64,000 bases of DNA from Mobula hypostoma. Taxonomy: Eukaryota. The position numbers and the translations under genes are program-made. Shown one piece after another: positions 62,996-64,000 of the stretch. The stretch spans positions 31,374,001 through 31,438,000 of the forward strand of contig NC_086109.1 in the NCBI RefSeq assembly GCF_963921235.1, in the 5' to 3' direction. The notes beneath the pieces were generated by a model. It was not told the DNA's origin, did no database searches, and saw nothing but the letters and a program-made list of their open reading frames with translations. Every line of letters starts with the position of its first letter. Position 1 is the first letter of the stretch.

Positions 62996-64000
62996 TTATT
63001 GCCCTGCTCTTTCTAATAATTCTTTAATATTATCATCTTGACATTCTTATGTTATGATATTCATAGCTGATTGCATTCATTTGAAAGTTCTTGTCAGTGT
63101 TTGTTTGTTGGATTTATAGTATTTCACTTAGCAGTCTTCAGAAGAATGCTGCCCACTATTCACAAATCTTTTGCTCTGATGTGAACTTGTTTCATATTTT
63201 CCCTAGAGCTCGCCCTTTAGCAATGGTTCTGTCCCTGACATTTTGAAAACCCAGTGCTGCTTATTACGTCTCACATTCCAATTTAACAATTGATCCATTT
63301 CCTTTGTAATGTCCAGGAAATTTTCTTCAGGCAATTAATGCATCAGAACTTTAAAAAAAAATCAGAATTATGGAAGACGAGACTTCAAAGAAGTAAGAAG
63401 TACAGGCAAAAATTCAGATTTTTCAGTTTGTCCACTAAAAGTTTAAATTATTAAGACCACCAAAGGTTGAGGTGTAGACTCCATTTTCCACTACAAGGAT
63501 ACAAGATGCAAAATAAAAGGAACAGGGCTGGGTCACCAGGGCTTTCAAACCTGTTCTGCCATCCAATATAATTATGGTTAACTATGCTAGCTTCCATTCC
63601 ACTTCTTTGCCAGTTCCCATAGCTCTCATTTCCTCAATCTTTCAAATACTTTTCTTTTTCCTCCTTAACTGTTTCTGATCATCTGTCTTCTAACTTCCCT
63701 TCAGAGCAGAAAATTACAGAGTTTCATGACTGCCTGAGAGACATATTTTCTAAACTCCTCACTTCAAATGACCAGCCCCTTATTTGTAACTTTGGCCCCT
63801 TGTTTGAGACTCTTGCCCTGGTAGAAACATCTCAACCATGCTGATAGAATCTTAAAAGTTTGAATAAGGTCACACCTTTCTAAACTCCAAGGAATACTGA
63901 CCTAAAATGTCTTACATCTCCTGGAAGGACAATCCTCTCATTTCAAGAATTTGCCAACTGAATCTTCTTCAAGCTGTCTCCAAGTTAATAAATGTCACCT

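Noticed and set aside
1..64000. CRISPR arrays, operons or other prokaryotic systems
   Set aside because: No regularly spaced repeat-spacer arrays or gene-dense organisation; the sequence is vertebrate TE-rich DNA.

Overview
Eukaryotic (vertebrate) genomic DNA dominated by transposable elements. The repeat mix (CR1 LINEs with (TCTTATGG)n or (TTTCTATG)n tails, Penelope/GIY-YIG elements, Rex1/Babar, RTE, V-SINE-like copies, Gypsy LTR elements, Tc1/mariner and hAT MITEs) suggests a cartilaginous fish, probably a ray; this is my inference, not a database result. I recognise no intact host gene. Nearly all ORFs in the supplied track are TE fragments or antisense shadows of them. Main points of interest: (1) two Penelope copies end in minimal type-I hammerhead ribozyme motifs with a loop-less palindromic helix III; (2) the non-repetitive islands between TEs repeatedly start at strong splice acceptors followed by near-open, coding-like frames broken by stops or frameshifts, suggesting two decayed multi-exon genes in convergent orientation (+ strand about 9-33 kb; - strand about 57.7-63.4 kb, with a diverged duplicated segment); (3) several insertions can be reconstructed from their TSDs, including a CR1-in-Gypsy-in-CR1 nest, an RTE copy with a twin-priming-type 5' inversion, and a mariner MITE with three TIRs. 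Coordinates were counted by eye; TE boundaries without a TSD are approximate.
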